Assembly: GCA_037133435.1 (NCBI GenBank)
Contig: JBAXOD010000006.1
Span: forward strand, 1-59,529
Length of the DNA stretch: 59,529 nucleotides
From: Candidatus Moraniibacteriota bacterium
GTDB lineage: Bacteria > Patescibacteriota > Minisyncoccia > Moranbacterales > UBA1568
Direction of reading: 5' to 3'
The position numbers were made by a program, and so were the translations under genes. The notes under the pieces were generated by a model, which was given only the letters and a program-made list of their open reading frames with translations, was not told where the DNA came from and searched no databases. Of the stretch, positions 1 through 10,560 are shown in pieces; positions within the stretch are counted from its first letter, which is position 1, and every line of letters starts with the position of its first letter.

Positions 1-193
1 CCGACAGCCTGACGGCAGTCATGGCGGCGGGCGCAACGATGCGGGCAGGCCCGCCCGAAACGCTTCGCCAGCCCGACAGCCTGACGGCAGTCATGGCGGC
101 GGGCGCAACGATGCGGGCAGGCCCGCCTACAATGCTTTGCCAGCCCGACAGCCTGACGGTAGTCATGGCGGCGGGCGAAGCAATGCGGGCAGG
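1..193. repeat. 72-bp tandem repeat (~2.7 copies, cut by window edge) built from nested palindromes
   Basis: CCGACAGCCTGACGG(C/T)AGTCATGGCGGCGGGCG... recurs at 1, 73 and 145. Confidence 0.9.
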
Positions 194-360
194 AAGACAG
201 ACGGGAGGCTGACAACGGGAACCCGCCTGCGCCGAGGCTACGGCGGGGCGAAGCTGTGGAATTGGAAGAAGTACCGCCGATTTCGGCTGGAGAAGGCGTA
301 TCTGCGCGAGCGGTGGGGGCGGGAGATTGCCAGTGACCCGTTTTACCAGCGGGAGGGGGT

Positions 361-388
361 TTGACACGCGAGAGAGGTATGATATTAT
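361..388 (+). promoter_or_regulatory. sigma70-type promoter for AbiE pair 1
   Basis: TTGACA-16nt-TATTAT with extended -10 TG. Confidence 0.6.
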
Positions 389-436
389 ATTTCATATACG
401 TCCTATATTTAGGTCAAATAAGAAACATAATGCGTT

Positions 437-1060
437 ATGAATTATCGGGAATTTCAGCAGCATTTTGAGCCATTTCTCGTGTTTTCAGCGGCAGATATCC
501 GCAAAGAAGAGCCGTCGTTTCACCGACAACGCCTTTCTGAATGGCTGAAGAAGGGATATATCCGCAAGGCTGCGAATACGCAATATATGTTCGCCACAAC
601 CCCGCTTCATGAAGCGACACTGTTTGTCGTTGCGAATGCAGCGTATGCACCATCGTATGTATCTCTTGAGATGGCGCTTTCGTATTATGGATTGATTCCC
701 GAGGGCGTCTACTCTGTCACGTCGGTGACGAGCAAGAAGACCCGAGTATTTCCTCCGGGTGTAGCGAGATTTGAATACCGACACGTGAAGCCCTCGCTCA
801 TGTGGGGGTATCGATTGGTTGACGGAGGCAATGGTCGAGTATTTCAAATGGCTGAGCCAGAGAAAGCGGTGCTTGATTACCTCTACCTTCGGTCGGATCT
901 CGTTCGGCCAAGTGATTTTGAGGCATTGCGGATAAATGGAGAGATATTTCGTGAGAAGATACGGATTGAGACTCTACAGCGATATGCAGAGCATTTCGGT
1001 AAGCAGGCACTGACACGGAGGATGAGTATGCTATTGCAATCATTAGATATCATCACTTAG
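437..1060 (+). CDS. AbiEi-family type IV TA antitoxin/regulator
   Basis: PSYVSLEMALSYYGLIPE..SVTS and AEPEKAVLDYLY motifs; upstream of an AbiEii gene. Confidence 0.85.
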   Translation: MNYREFQQHFEPFLVFSAADIRKEEPSFHRQRLSEWLKKGYIRKAANTQYMFATTPLHEATLFVVANAAYAPSYVSLEMALSYYGLIPEGVYSVTSVTSKKTRVFPPGVARFEYRHVKPSLMWGYRLVDGGNGRVFQMAEPEKAVLDYLYLRSDLVRPSDFEALRINGEIFREKIRIETLQRYAEHFGKQALTRRMSMLLQSLDIIT

Positions 1061-1071
1061 GCTACACGCGT

Positions 1072-1848
1072 ATGCTCAACATGAAAGAAATCGAACGGAA
1101 TTATCCGGAGCAGATCCGCGGGTTCAAACGAGGGATGCTGCGCGAATACCTGCAGTACAAGATTTTGCAGATTATTTTTGATACGCCGGAGGGAGCCAAG
1201 CTTTCTTTTCTCGGCGGGACTGCTTTGCGATTGATACATGGTAATACACGATTTTCTGAAGATCTTGATTTTGATAATTTCGGTCTTTCTGCAGATGAGT
1301 TCGAATCGATTGCCGCAATCGTGAAGGAGCAATTGACACTCGAGGGATATGAAGTGGAGACAAGGACGGTCTTCAAGGGTGCCTATCGGTGCTATGTAAG
1401 GCTGCCAAAGCTTCTTTTCGACAACGCCCTCTCTCCAATCGAAGAAGAAAAGATTCTCATTCAGCTCGACACGCTGTCACATGGGTTTTCCTACACTCCC
1501 GAAAAGGTGATCCTCAATAAGTTTGAGGTATTCACGGAAATCAATGTGACTCCGATCGATGTCCTACTGGCTCAGAAGTTTTATGCTATCTTCAATCGAA
1601 AGACAAAAAAGGGACGAGATTTTTTTGATGTGATATTTCTTCTTTCGAAGACGCGGCCAAACTACCTCTATCTGAAGCAAAAGTTGGATGTTGCCGATGC
1701 CGACCAGTTGCGAGCGCGAGTGCTTGACGTGTGTTCGACGCTAGATTTCGCTGCTCTTGCGAAGGATGTTGAGGCGTTTCTCTTCTCCCAAAAAGATGTC
1801 CGTCGCGTGGAGCTTTTCAAGAATTATATGGAAACAGCAGAACTCTAA
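1072..1848 (+). CDS. AbiEii/AbiGii-family nucleotidyltransferase toxin
   Basis: FLGGTALRL..RFSEDLDF, AQK, KGRDFFD motifs. Confidence 0.9.
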   Translation: MLNMKEIERNYPEQIRGFKRGMLREYLQYKILQIIFDTPEGAKLSFLGGTALRLIHGNTRFSEDLDFDNFGLSADEFESIAAIVKEQLTLEGYEVETRTVFKGAYRCYVRLPKLLFDNALSPIEEEKILIQLDTLSHGFSYTPEKVILNKFEVFTEINVTPIDVLLAQKFYAIFNRKTKKGRDFFDVIFLLSKTRPNYLYLKQKLDVADADQLRARVLDVCSTLDFAALAKDVEAFLFSQKDVRRVELFKNYMETAEL

Positions 1849-1900
1849 TGATGCCCGTTGACTATTCTCCCAGTGGTGCTGATGAACGAGATAGATATAA

Positions 1901-1920
1901 TATAGCATATATAAGCCATA
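1901..1920. promoter_or_regulatory. 20-bp palindromic site (consensus TATGGCTTAT-ATAAGCCATA)
   Basis: TATAGCATATATAAGCCATA, 18/20 to consensus; related sites at 11003, 50603, 51145, 54107. Confidence 0.55.
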
Positions 1921-1931
1921 ATGTTGAAGTA

Positions 1932-1960
1932 TTGACGAGTGACTCTGCTTTTGATACAAT
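1932..1960 (+). promoter_or_regulatory. sigma70-type promoter for AbiE pair 2
   Basis: TTGACG-17nt-TACAAT with extended -10 TG. Confidence 0.65.
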
Positions 1961-1993
1961 TCCTTTATTGATACTTTGTTATCAGTAAAAGAA

Positions 1994-2617
1994 ATGAACA
2001 TTTTTGAATTTAAGGAGAAAATCAAGCTGTTGCCGTATTTCGAGACGAAAGAACTTCGTCTGATTTTGGGCAGGGACTTCACATCAACGACATTGGTCAA
2101 TCTGAAGAATTGGGTGAACAAGGGACACCTGATCATGCTGCGTCGTGGCCTGTATATGATGCGCGAATTGAGTGATAAGGTCGATGTGATGGTGTTTGCG
2201 ACGAAACTGTATGCCCCATCGTATGTGAGTCTGGAGATGGCGTTGCATCATTATGGGATCATTCCCGAGGCCGTTTTCACGGTGACGTCCGTCACGACGA
2301 GGAAGACAAAATCGTTTTCGACGCCGCTCGGCACGTTTTCTTTTCAGAAGATCAAGAAGGAGGCCTTCGGGGGATTCGAGACGGTTCTGCGGGAAGGAGT
2401 TTCCTTCAATCTGGCGGTGCCGGAAAAGGCGGTGGTCGATTTCCTGTATCTCAACAGGAACATCCTGAACGGAAGCCGTGAACAGTTCGAAGGATACCGC
2501 TTCAATGAAGACTTCGCTTTCGACGAGAAAACATTGCGGGAGTTCGCTTACGCGTTCAACAATGCGAAGACGACGATGTTAACCGATACTTTCATCAAAC
2601 GATATGTTGCCGAATAA
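1994..2617 (+). CDS. AbiEi-family antitoxin
   Basis: YAPSYVSLEMALHHYGIIPE..TSVT, PEKAVVDFLY; ATG at 1994 preferred over TTG 1976. Confidence 0.85.
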   Translation: MNIFEFKEKIKLLPYFETKELRLILGRDFTSTTLVNLKNWVNKGHLIMLRRGLYMMRELSDKVDVMVFATKLYAPSYVSLEMALHHYGIIPEAVFTVTSVTTRKTKSFSTPLGTFSFQKIKKEAFGGFETVLREGVSFNLAVPEKAVVDFLYLNRNILNGSREQFEGYRFNEDFAFDEKTLREFAYAFNNAKTTMLTDTFIKRYVAE

Positions 2618-3401
2618 GGATTTTTTCAGGGCGTATGCGAAAGAAAGGAATATTCCGTGGCAGGATAGGAATATCCTGTTGGAATACCTGCAGACGCAGA
2701 TCCTGAAGGTGCTTTCGCTCTCTGACTATAATGATCGTCTTTCGTTCCTCGGGGGTACCTGTCTTCGGTTCGCATACGGTATCGATCGGTTTTCGGAAGA
2801 TTTGGATTTCGATCTCGTGAAGAAGGATGGTTTCGATGTCGATGCCCTGATGTCGGCTCTCGTCGGCAGACTGGAGCTGCAGGGGTTCGAAGTCGATGCG
2901 CGGACGAAGACGACCGAGAATATCCATATCGTGTTTATCCGGTTCAAAAATGTCTTGCGAGAGTTCGGATTGAGCGCTCCGAAGGATGAGAAAATCCTGG
3001 TGAAGTTCGAGATCGATTTTGATCCGTATCGGAACATCCGGACGGAAACGAAGTTCGCGGATAGCTTCAATGAACGGTTTCCGATGTTGGTGAATACGAT
3101 CGATACATTGTTCGCGCAGAAAGTGCTTGCCATCGTATTCCGTCCGTATCAGAAGGGGCGCGATTTCTATGACCTTGTGTGGTTTTTGAGTCAGCGGGAT
3201 ATTGAGCCGAACTATGATATTTTCAAAGAAAAAGGAATTGACATCAAGAACCGGCGGGAACTGATCTCTTTTTTGGAAGAGCGGGCTACGACAAGCGATC
3301 TGGAACGGGCGGCAAAGGATGTCGAGCGTTTTCTCTTTCATCCCGAGCAGGCAAAGTGGATCCTCAAACTGCCGGAGTATCTGATGGGTTTCGAGAAATA
3401 G
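2604..3401 (+). CDS. AbiEii-family nucleotidyltransferase toxin
   Basis: FLGGTCLRF..RFSEDLDFD, KGRDFYD; overlaps the antitoxin. Confidence 0.9.
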   Translation: MLPNKDFFRAYAKERNIPWQDRNILLEYLQTQILKVLSLSDYNDRLSFLGGTCLRFAYGIDRFSEDLDFDLVKKDGFDVDALMSALVGRLELQGFEVDARTKTTENIHIVFIRFKNVLREFGLSAPKDEKILVKFEIDFDPYRNIRTETKFADSFNERFPMLVNTIDTLFAQKVLAIVFRPYQKGRDFYDLVWFLSQRDIEPNYDIFKEKGIDIKNRRELISFLEERATTSDLERAAKDVERFLFHPEQAKWILKLPEYLMGFEK

Positions 3402-3409
3402 GCGATCAA

Positions 3410-3712
3410 AAAGAACAGGAGACGGAGCCAGGAGTGAGAAGTGAGGAGTGAGGAGTGAGGAGTGAGGAGTGAGGGGGCAGGGAACCTGCCTACGCCAAGG
3501 CTACGGCGAGGCAAGCCCGCCTACGCTACAGCTACGGCGAGGCGATGCCCACTCACAGGGTTGAGCGGGAAAATGGGAACAGCGATACAGTTGAAAATAA
3601 GAAGCAGTCGAAAGTCTAGAGAAACTGATAACTGACAACTTACAACTTACAACTGATAACTAACCACTGACAACGGGAACGTGACCAATATTCGCCGAGG
3701 CTACGGCGTGGT
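3410..3712 (+). repeat. composite spacer: (GAGTGAG)n, REP-like hairpins, shared block, (AACTGAC/AACTTAC)n
   Basis: heptamer arrays ~3432-3473 and ~3622-3674; GCCTACGCC..GGCTACGGCG units; block shared with 7266, 9175 and 12381. Confidence 0.9.
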
Positions 3713-3945
3713 AATCCGACTTTCTCCGAGGATGGTTCTCGGAAGAAAATTCCCGTTTTGTGGTGTAATATTCGCTGTTCTTTGGGATGCTCATCATGGC
3801 ATGACAACAAATAATATCTCGTATACGCTTACATAAAGCAAAATTATGCAAGAAATAATCAGTGATAATTAAGCTTGACACTAAATATAATAATGGTGTA
3901 CAGTACGGTTGCCACTATATAATGAAAATAATGAAAGAGTAGAAT

Positions 3946-5382
3946 ATGCAAAATAAGGCAAAAATAAAAGAATATATAAGCGAACAGTTGGCGCAGGCTG
4001 ATTTCAGAGCCAGGGCATATGTTTTTGATGCACAAAACAAAAAACGTCCAACGAGGGATATTTTTCTACAAATACAATCGCATCTGGATATGTTTTTGGC
4101 TGGCAATGAATCCTATCGCTGGATCGCATTAACGGGATTGAGAGGCGCTGGAAAAACGACTATACTGTATCAATTGTATTTTGCCAATAAAAACGTCGAT
4201 GGATATTTTTTGACCGTATCAGTGGATGAAATCACGCAAACTCTTGGAAGCAGCATCAGTGAGGTCATTGATATTTTTGAGGAGGTCATAGGTCGTCCTA
4301 TCGTACATCTGGATAAGCCTCTGTTTTTGTTTTTAGATGAGGTGCAATATGATGAAAAATGGGGTGCGACGCTCAAGACGATATATGATCGTGCTCATAA
4401 CGTTTTTATATTTTCGACCGGCAGCGCTGCCGTTTTGATGAACAGTAATTCTGATATTGCAAGGCGCGCTTTGTTTGAAAAGATTTACCCTCTGTCATTC
4501 TCTGAATTTTTGAAAATTAGACGTGGCAAACATGAAATAAGCGATCTTTCGAAGTTGTTACGAGAGAGTATATTTTTTAGTAACAACGCCAAGGAAGTGT
4601 ATGACACTTTGAAAAAGCAAGAAACGATAATCGACGAATATCATTCCGACGTGAGCCGGTTGGATTTTGAAAATTATCTCTATTATGGATCGTTGCCGTT
4701 CATGATAGCATCGGATAATGAAGCGTTGGTGTATGACCAAATAAGCAAATCCCTCGATAGGGTCATACATAAGGATATTCCTCAAATGGGCGGTCTTTCA
4801 TCGGACATCACGAGCAGGATATCCGCCATTTTGTATGCAGTTGCGGACATGGATGCGTTGAATTTTACGACATTGGCAGTGAAATTCGGTATTTCCCGCC
4901 CGAAGATCGCGGAAATATTTTCAGTATTGGAGCAGGCCGAAGTATTGCATCGAATATATCCGCAAGGATCGCATTTCAAACAGGTGACGCAAAAACCATC
5001 GAAATATCTTTTTTCTTCACCGGCATTTCGAGCCATGTATTATAAGACTATCGGTAGTGTTATAACTGATCAAAATGCGAGAGGGAAGCTGCTGGAGGAT
5101 CTGGTCGGTATGTATCTCTATCGGCTATGTGACAAACAACCCGCTTTTTCCCTTACGTATGACAGCGCCAAGGGAGGGGCTGATTTTATCGTAAAGGCAG
5201 GTGAGCGTAAGATCGTGATAGAGGTCGGTTCAAATAAAAAGGAATATGGACAAGTCACTCAGACAGCCGATAAAGTAAAGGCGAATTATGGAATTGTTAT
5301 TTCCGAACAAGGAAGTGAACTCCAATACAATAAAGAATTAAATGCGCTTAAAATTCCATTGAAATATTTTTTGCTTGTTTAG
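3946..5382 (+). CDS. AAA_14/DUF4143-type ATPase with C-terminal PD-(D/E)XK-like domain (long type)
   Basis: Walker A GLRGAGKT, Walker B LFLDEVQ, TGS, GADFIV..IVIEVG. Confidence 0.8.
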   Translation: MQNKAKIKEYISEQLAQADFRARAYVFDAQNKKRPTRDIFLQIQSHLDMFLAGNESYRWIALTGLRGAGKTTILYQLYFANKNVDGYFLTVSVDEITQTLGSSISEVIDIFEEVIGRPIVHLDKPLFLFLDEVQYDEKWGATLKTIYDRAHNVFIFSTGSAAVLMNSNSDIARRALFEKIYPLSFSEFLKIRRGKHEISDLSKLLRESIFFSNNAKEVYDTLKKQETIIDEYHSDVSRLDFENYLYYGSLPFMIASDNEALVYDQISKSLDRVIHKDIPQMGGLSSDITSRISAILYAVADMDALNFTTLAVKFGISRPKIAEIFSVLEQAEVLHRIYPQGSHFKQVTQKPSKYLFSSPAFRAMYYKTIGSVITDQNARGKLLEDLVGMYLYRLCDKQPAFSLTYDSAKGGADFIVKAGERKIVIEVGSNKKEYGQVTQTADKVKANYGIVISEQGSELQYNKELNALKIPLKYFLLV

Positions 5383-5419
5383 TCCAAGCCCTGATGATTT
5401 GAGAGATACTGAGAGAGGG

Positions 5420-5702
5420 TGATGGGGGAGAGGAGGAAAGAGAACAATTTTTAATTTTTGAATTTTATAATTTTTATAAATAGAACCCAGCCTACGCTGA
5501 GGCTACGGCGTGGCGAAGCCCGCCTAAGCCAAGGCTACGGCGTGGCGAAGCGGGGGAGGGAAGTTAATGAGTTAACGAGTTAACGGTTTAACGAGTTGGG
5601 AACGGAGACAATTTTTAATTTTTGAATTTTGTAATTTTTAAATAGAAGCGCCAGCGATACAATTGCTGTGAGGCTAATGAGGGGAAGGAGACAATTTTTA
5701 AT
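5420..5702 (+). repeat. composite spacer: AATTTTT/G heptamers, two REP-like hairpins, (GTTAACGA)n octamers
   Basis: read directly; same modules recur in other spacers. Confidence 0.9.
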
Positions 5703-5752
5703 GATCAATGTTTCCGCGATATCTTGGTTTTGATGCATAACACGGCTTGATA

Positions 5753-5781
5753 TTGACACCCAAGAGTATCAAATACATACT
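5753..5781 (+). promoter_or_regulatory. sigma70-type promoter
   Basis: TTGACA-17nt-CATACT. Confidence 0.55.
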
Positions 5782-5819
5782 TTCTATTAGTAATAAATGT
5801 ATAATTATTTCAAATAGAT

Positions 5820-7130
5820 ATGAATACAGTTGAAATAATGAGGATTCTTGAAGATTGGAATTTTTGGAAGTCGCCGTGGGAAGAAGGCTTTCCGAGGCCA
5901 TTTTATCTCGAAAAAATGGTGAAACAGGTCGGTTCGGGACAGGTAATGGTCATAACTGGTTCGAGGCGGAGCGGAAAATCATTCCTGATGCGTCAACTTG
6001 CCTCGATATTGGTTCGTGACGGCGCAAAAAAAGAAGATATCCTGTTTGTGAACTTTGAAGACCCGCGCTGGTTGCGGCGTGACGTGGCACTTCTTGACGA
6101 GGTTTTTTCGACGTATCGGGATCTTCAAAAGCCGACTCACCGGCCGTATGTCTTTCTTGACGAGGTTCAGGAAGTCGAAGGATGGGAACGATGGGTCCGG
6201 ACCATGCATGAGCTCGGAAAGGCGACGATCATCATTTCGGGATCCAATGCGAAGTTGTTGAGTCGCGAACTGGGAACCGTCCTGACCGGGCGGCACGTAG
6301 ACACGGTCGTGTATCCGCTTTCGTTTCGGGAGTTCCTGTCGTTTCGTGGCATCTCGGATGTCGCGTCGGAGTCGGCCGTATCGCTTGGCGGATATTTCCG
6401 GGAGTATCTTTCCAAGGGTTCCTTTCCGGCACTGGCCGGTCTGACCGGCGGTTCCCGAGAATGGTTTCTGGCATTTTACGACGACGTGCTCGAGAAGGAC
6501 CTCGTCGGTCGGTTCAGGATACGGAAACCCGAGGCATTGAAGTCGCTCCTGAATTACGCCATGAGCAATATCTCGAAACCGATGACCGCCAACGCGGCGT
6601 CGAAATTCCTGAATATCGCTCCGGACACGGCCGACAAGTTCCTGGGATATTTCGAGCAGGCGTATCTGTTGTTCGCGTTGAAACGGTTTTCTTCCGGGGT
6701 AAAGGAACAACAAAAGAGTCCCAGAAAGATATATGCCATCGATACCGCTCTGGCGGGAGCGATAGGGTTTCGGATGAGCGAGGACTTCGGTCGGATGGCG
6801 GAAAATATCGTGTATATCGAATATCTTCGTCGCCAGGTCGTCGATCCGGAAATCGAGTTGTATTATTGGAAGGATGTTCAGGCAGGGGTGAGCGGGAAAG
6901 AGGTGGATTTCGTCGTGAAACGCGGAACCCGTATAAGCGAGGTGGTCCAGGTTTGTATGGGTGATTTTGCCGGGGAGACGAAAAAAAGAGAGATGCGTGC
7001 ACTCGCGCAGGCAGCGAAGAAACTGCGTCCGGAGCGATTACTCGTCATTACCGAGGAATATGAGGAGGTCGTGAGATATGAGTATGGAGAAGTCTCATTT
7101 GTGCCGTTGCATACGTGGTTGATCTCGTGA
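5820..7130 (+). CDS. AAA_14/DUF4143 ATP-binding protein
   Basis: GSRRSGKS, FLDEVQ, SGSNAKLLS.ELGT.LTGR, KIYAID, ENIV, EVDFVV. Confidence 0.85.
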   Translation: MNTVEIMRILEDWNFWKSPWEEGFPRPFYLEKMVKQVGSGQVMVITGSRRSGKSFLMRQLASILVRDGAKKEDILFVNFEDPRWLRRDVALLDEVFSTYRDLQKPTHRPYVFLDEVQEVEGWERWVRTMHELGKATIIISGSNAKLLSRELGTVLTGRHVDTVVYPLSFREFLSFRGISDVASESAVSLGGYFREYLSKGSFPALAGLTGGSREWFLAFYDDVLEKDLVGRFRIRKPEALKSLLNYAMSNISKPMTANAASKFLNIAPDTADKFLGYFEQAYLLFALKRFSSGVKEQQKSPRKIYAIDTALAGAIGFRMSEDFGRMAENIVYIEYLRRQVVDPEIELYYWKDVQAGVSGKEVDFVVKRGTRISEVVQVCMGDFAGETKKREMRALAQAAKKLRPERLLVITEEYEEVVRYEYGEVSFVPLHTWLIS

Positions 7131-7590
7131 GGAGAGGAGGAGAACAATTTCGTCCGCCAGCTGGCGGATTGAATTTCGAAACTGGAACAGAGAACAAAGA
7201 CAATTTTTAATTTTTGAATTTTGTAATTTTATTCCGCTACATCTCCGCCAAGCGGAGTGAGCGGACCCGCTCACAGGGTTGAGCGGGAAAATGGGAACAG
7301 CGATACAGTTGAAAGTCTAGAGAAACTGATAACTGACAACTAACCACTGACAACCGGAGCTCGCCTGCGCCGAGGCTAAGGCGTGGCAAGGGAAACTAAC
7401 AACTAACAACTTACAACTGATAACGGGAACCCAGCCTACGCCAAGGCTGCGGCGTGGCAAGGGAAACAAACAACTCACAACTAACCACTGACAACTAACA
7501 ACTAACCACTGATAACGGGAACTCACCTACGCTGAGGCTACGGCGTGGCAAGGGAAACAAACAACTGACAACGTACAACTGATAACAGGG
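7131..7590 (+). repeat. composite spacer with alternating REP-like hairpins and AACTRAC-type heptamer arrays
   Basis: REP-like units near 7362, 7433 and 7525 separated by heptamer runs; 16-bp palindrome TCCGCCAGCTGGCGGA at 7153. Confidence 0.9.
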
Positions 7591-7621
7591 ATCGGTTAAT
7601 AGAGGCTTATAAGAGGTATTA

Positions 7622-7650
7622 TTGACACACGTATTCATATATGGTAAACT
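7622..7650 (+). promoter_or_regulatory. sigma70-type promoter for AbiE pair 3
   Basis: TTGACA-17nt-TAAACT with extended -10 TG. Confidence 0.65.
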
Positions 7651-7685
7651 GTAAGTAAGAAATATTCTTATTTGAGGTTCACGTT

Positions 7686-8264
7686 ATGGATACCTTTCTC
7701 ACAATCATATACGGCTCCAGGCAGACGGTGTTTACCGTTCGGGAAATCGCTTTATTGGTCGGTTCGAAAGACGCGGCCAATTTTCGTTCGAAACTTTCCT
7801 ATTATGTACGGACCGGAAAGTTGATCCGTTTGCGGAGGGGTGTTTTCGCGAAGGATGAACGATATGATCCCAAAGAATTGGCCGTCCGAATCTGTACGCC
7901 GGCATACATCGGTTTCGAGACCGTCTTGGCGCAAGAGGGCGTCACCTTCCAATATTATGATACGATATTCGTGGCAAGCTATCTTTCTCGGGAAATTTCC
8001 GTCGGAAAGAACAGGATAGTGTTTCGGAAATTGAGAGATGAACTATTGACCGACCCGAATGGGTTGATCGACCACGGGTTCTATTATGAAGCGACCAGGG
8101 AGCGGGCGTTCCTTGACCGGTTGTATCTGTCTGATTCGTATCATTTCGATAATCTCCGGGGAATCGATTGGGGAGCGTGTCGGAAGCTGTTGCCGATATA
8201 TCGGAGTCGGAAATTGGAAATCGCGTTTGAAACATATGTAAACGAGTATGCTCAACAAAAATAA
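7686..8264 (+). CDS. AbiEi-family antitoxin
   Basis: N-terminal wHTH (LIRLRRGVF), PAYIGFETVL..EGV, ATRERAFLD.LYL. Confidence 0.8.
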   Translation: MDTFLTIIYGSRQTVFTVREIALLVGSKDAANFRSKLSYYVRTGKLIRLRRGVFAKDERYDPKELAVRICTPAYIGFETVLAQEGVTFQYYDTIFVASYLSREISVGKNRIVFRKLRDELLTDPNGLIDHGFYYEATRERAFLDRLYLSDSYHFDNLRGIDWGACRKLLPIYRSRKLEIAFETYVNEYAQQK

Positions 8265-8973
8265 GCATCGGTTAGTGATGACGCAGATCCTCAAGGATGT
8301 GTATTCGGATGCAGCGCTGGCCCCTTTGCTCGGATTCAAGGGCGGGACGGCGGCGTATTTCCTGTACGGTCTGCCCCGTTTTTCGGTCGATCTGGACTTC
8401 GACTTGTTGGATGATTCCGAAACTTCGCGGACACTCGTATTTGAACGGGTTGGAACGATCATCGGGAACTACGGTGAAATGAAGGACGCTCAGGCGAAAC
8501 TGTGGACGATCTTTTTCGCAGTCTCGTACGGAGCCGGCGAGCATCAGATCAAAGTCGAGATAAACACCCGAAAGACCGGAGCGACATACGGATTGCGAAA
8601 CTATCTCGGATTACCACTACTCGTGTCGACCAAAGAGTCGATGTTCGCGGCGAAACTGGTGGCGCTTATGGGCCGGAAACTGTTCGTCGCCCGTGACCTG
8701 TATGATGTGTATTTCTTTCTGAAAGAGCGTTGGGATATCGATCCGGCCGTCCTTCTGTCATATGGATTCCCATCTGTTCCGGAATATCTTTCCGAATGTG
8801 TCACATTCGTGGAAAAGGTTCCGGACAATGAATTGCTCGCAGGGCTGGGTGAGCTGGTCGATGAAGAGGAAAAGTCATTTATCCGGCAAAAATTGAAGGG
8901 TGAGACAGCCTTCTTGCTTCGGGCATATATGAAAGCATACGAAGAAACGGGAACGGAATCAGGGAACAGATAA
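8248..8973 (+). CDS. AbiEii-family nucleotidyltransferase toxin
   Basis: FKGGTAAY..LPRFSVDLDFD, AAKL, RDLYD. Confidence 0.9.
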   Translation: MLNKNKHRLVMTQILKDVYSDAALAPLLGFKGGTAAYFLYGLPRFSVDLDFDLLDDSETSRTLVFERVGTIIGNYGEMKDAQAKLWTIFFAVSYGAGEHQIKVEINTRKTGATYGLRNYLGLPLLVSTKESMFAAKLVALMGRKLFVARDLYDVYFFLKERWDIDPAVLLSYGFPSVPEYLSECVTFVEKVPDNELLAGLGELVDEEEKSFIRQKLKGETAFLLRAYMKAYEETGTESGNR

Positions 8974-9362
8974 TCCGCGACAACTCCGAAACGGAGTGCG
9001 CGGACCCGCTTGCAAGGACGAGCGGGCAGATAACAGGGATAAGAACAATTTTTAATTTTTGAATTTTGTAATTTTATTCCGCTACGTCTCCGCCAAGCGG
9101 AGTGAGCGGACCCGCCTTTGCTACGGCTACGGCGTGGCGATGCCCGCCTGTGCCAAGACTGTGGCGTGGCAAGCCCGCTCACAGGGATGAGCGGGAAAAT
9201 GGGAACAGCGATACAGTTGAAAATAAGAAGCAGTCGAAAGTCTAGAGAAACTGATAACTGACAACTTACAACTGATAACGGGGAGCTAAAAACAATTTTT
9301 AATTTTTAAATTTTGTAATTTTATAAATAGAACTCACCTGCGCCGAGGCTACGGCGGGGCGA
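8974..9362 (+). repeat. composite spacer
   Basis: blocks near-identical to 7200-7270 and 3548-3645; REP-like units; heptamer arrays. Confidence 0.9.
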
Positions 9363-9444
9363 AGGGGGGGCAACAAATGTTGACAACTTTTTGAAAATAT
9401 ATAAAATATGGATTGTAATCCAAGTTTTTACTTTTGTTACATAT

Positions 9445-10560
9445 ATGGCTAATATAAAGCGATATTTGAAGGAAATAATTTCAAGAAACTTGGAAAAACG
9501 AAAAATTGTCCTGGTCTATGGAGCGCGCCAGGTAGGGAAAACGACCTTGGTACGAGAATTTTTGTCGTCAGGAAAAACGCTCTATCTCAATGGTGATTTT
9601 ATCGATGATCGACAACGATTGGATACGGTAACGAGGTCTATGGTTGAACGGTTTTCCGGACTTGATCTCTTGATACTTGATGAGGCGCAAAATATTCCGG
9701 ATATCGGGGTAAAACTAAAGGTTATTCATGATACGCTTCCGGATATGCGGATTATCGCGACCGGCTCCTCCAGTTTTGACTTGTCGAACAAGGTGAGCGA
9801 ACCTCTGACGGGAAGAAACGTCGTTTTTATGATGTTCCCTGTGTCGATCGGTGAACTGTCAGGAAACGGAACGTCGTTGGATGACCTATTGCTGTACGGC
9901 TCGTATCCGGAGGTGGTCCTCCAGGCGGATTCGCAGGCAAAACGTGACACTATAGTGAGGATTTCAGAAAGTTATCTGTTCAAGGATGTCTTGAATATAG
10001 AATATATCAGAAGTCCGAAGTCGCTGGAACGACTCCTGAAAGTGATGGCATCCCAGATCGGGAATGAAGTTTCTTTTTTGGAAATTGCGAATACGATCGA
10101 TCTGGATGTGAAAACGGTAATGGTATATCTGGATATTCTGGAAAAACTGTTCGTCATCTTTCCATTGCATCCGTTGGCATCTACTGTCCGGAAATCAATC
10201 ACGAAAAAACGGAAATATTATTTCTACGACCTCGGTGTTCGGAACGCCGTCTTGGGTGATTTTTCTTCCCTTGCGAACCGGACCGACGTCGGCTTCCTGT
10301 GGGAAAATTTTGTTATCATGGAAAGAATGAAACGGAATGAACGTACTGGCAATCGACCCGAATATTTTTTCTTTCGAAGCTATAAAGGTGAAGAGATAGA
10401 CTTCATTGAAAAATATGACGATACGTTGCTCGGATTCGAATGTAAGTATTCGAAGGGGGTGGTGGTCGAAAGGATACACAAGATATTTTCCGATGACCTC
10501 AAGGGGGATGGTCGTGTGTCGGTCATAAACCGTGGGAATTATCAGGATTTCCTGATGTGA
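9445..10560 (+). CDS. AAA_14/DUF4143 ATP-binding protein
   Basis: GARQVGKTT, LDEAQ, TGSSSFDL..EPLTGR, KYYFYDLGVRN, LWENF, EIDFIE..ECK; ATG 9445 preferred. Confidence 0.88.
   Translation: MANIKRYLKEIISRNLEKRKIVLVYGARQVGKTTLVREFLSSGKTLYLNGDFIDDRQRLDTVTRSMVERFSGLDLLILDEAQNIPDIGVKLKVIHDTLPDMRIIATGSSSFDLSNKVSEPLTGRNVVFMMFPVSIGELSGNGTSLDDLLLYGSYPEVVLQADSQAKRDTIVRISESYLFKDVLNIEYIRSPKSLERLLKVMASQIGNEVSFLEIANTIDLDVKTVMVYLDILEKLFVIFPLHPLASTVRKSITKKRKYYFYDLGVRNAVLGDFSSLANRTDVGFLWENFVIMERMKRNERTGNRPEYFFFRSYKGEEIDFIEKYDDTLLGFECKYSKGVVVERIHKIFSDDLKGDGRVSVINRGNYQDFLM

Noticed and set aside
7340-7590. CRISPR-like alternation of a conserved hairpin with variable intervals
   Set aside because: Intervals are low-complexity heptamer runs, not unique spacers; repeats are degenerate; no cas genes in the window.
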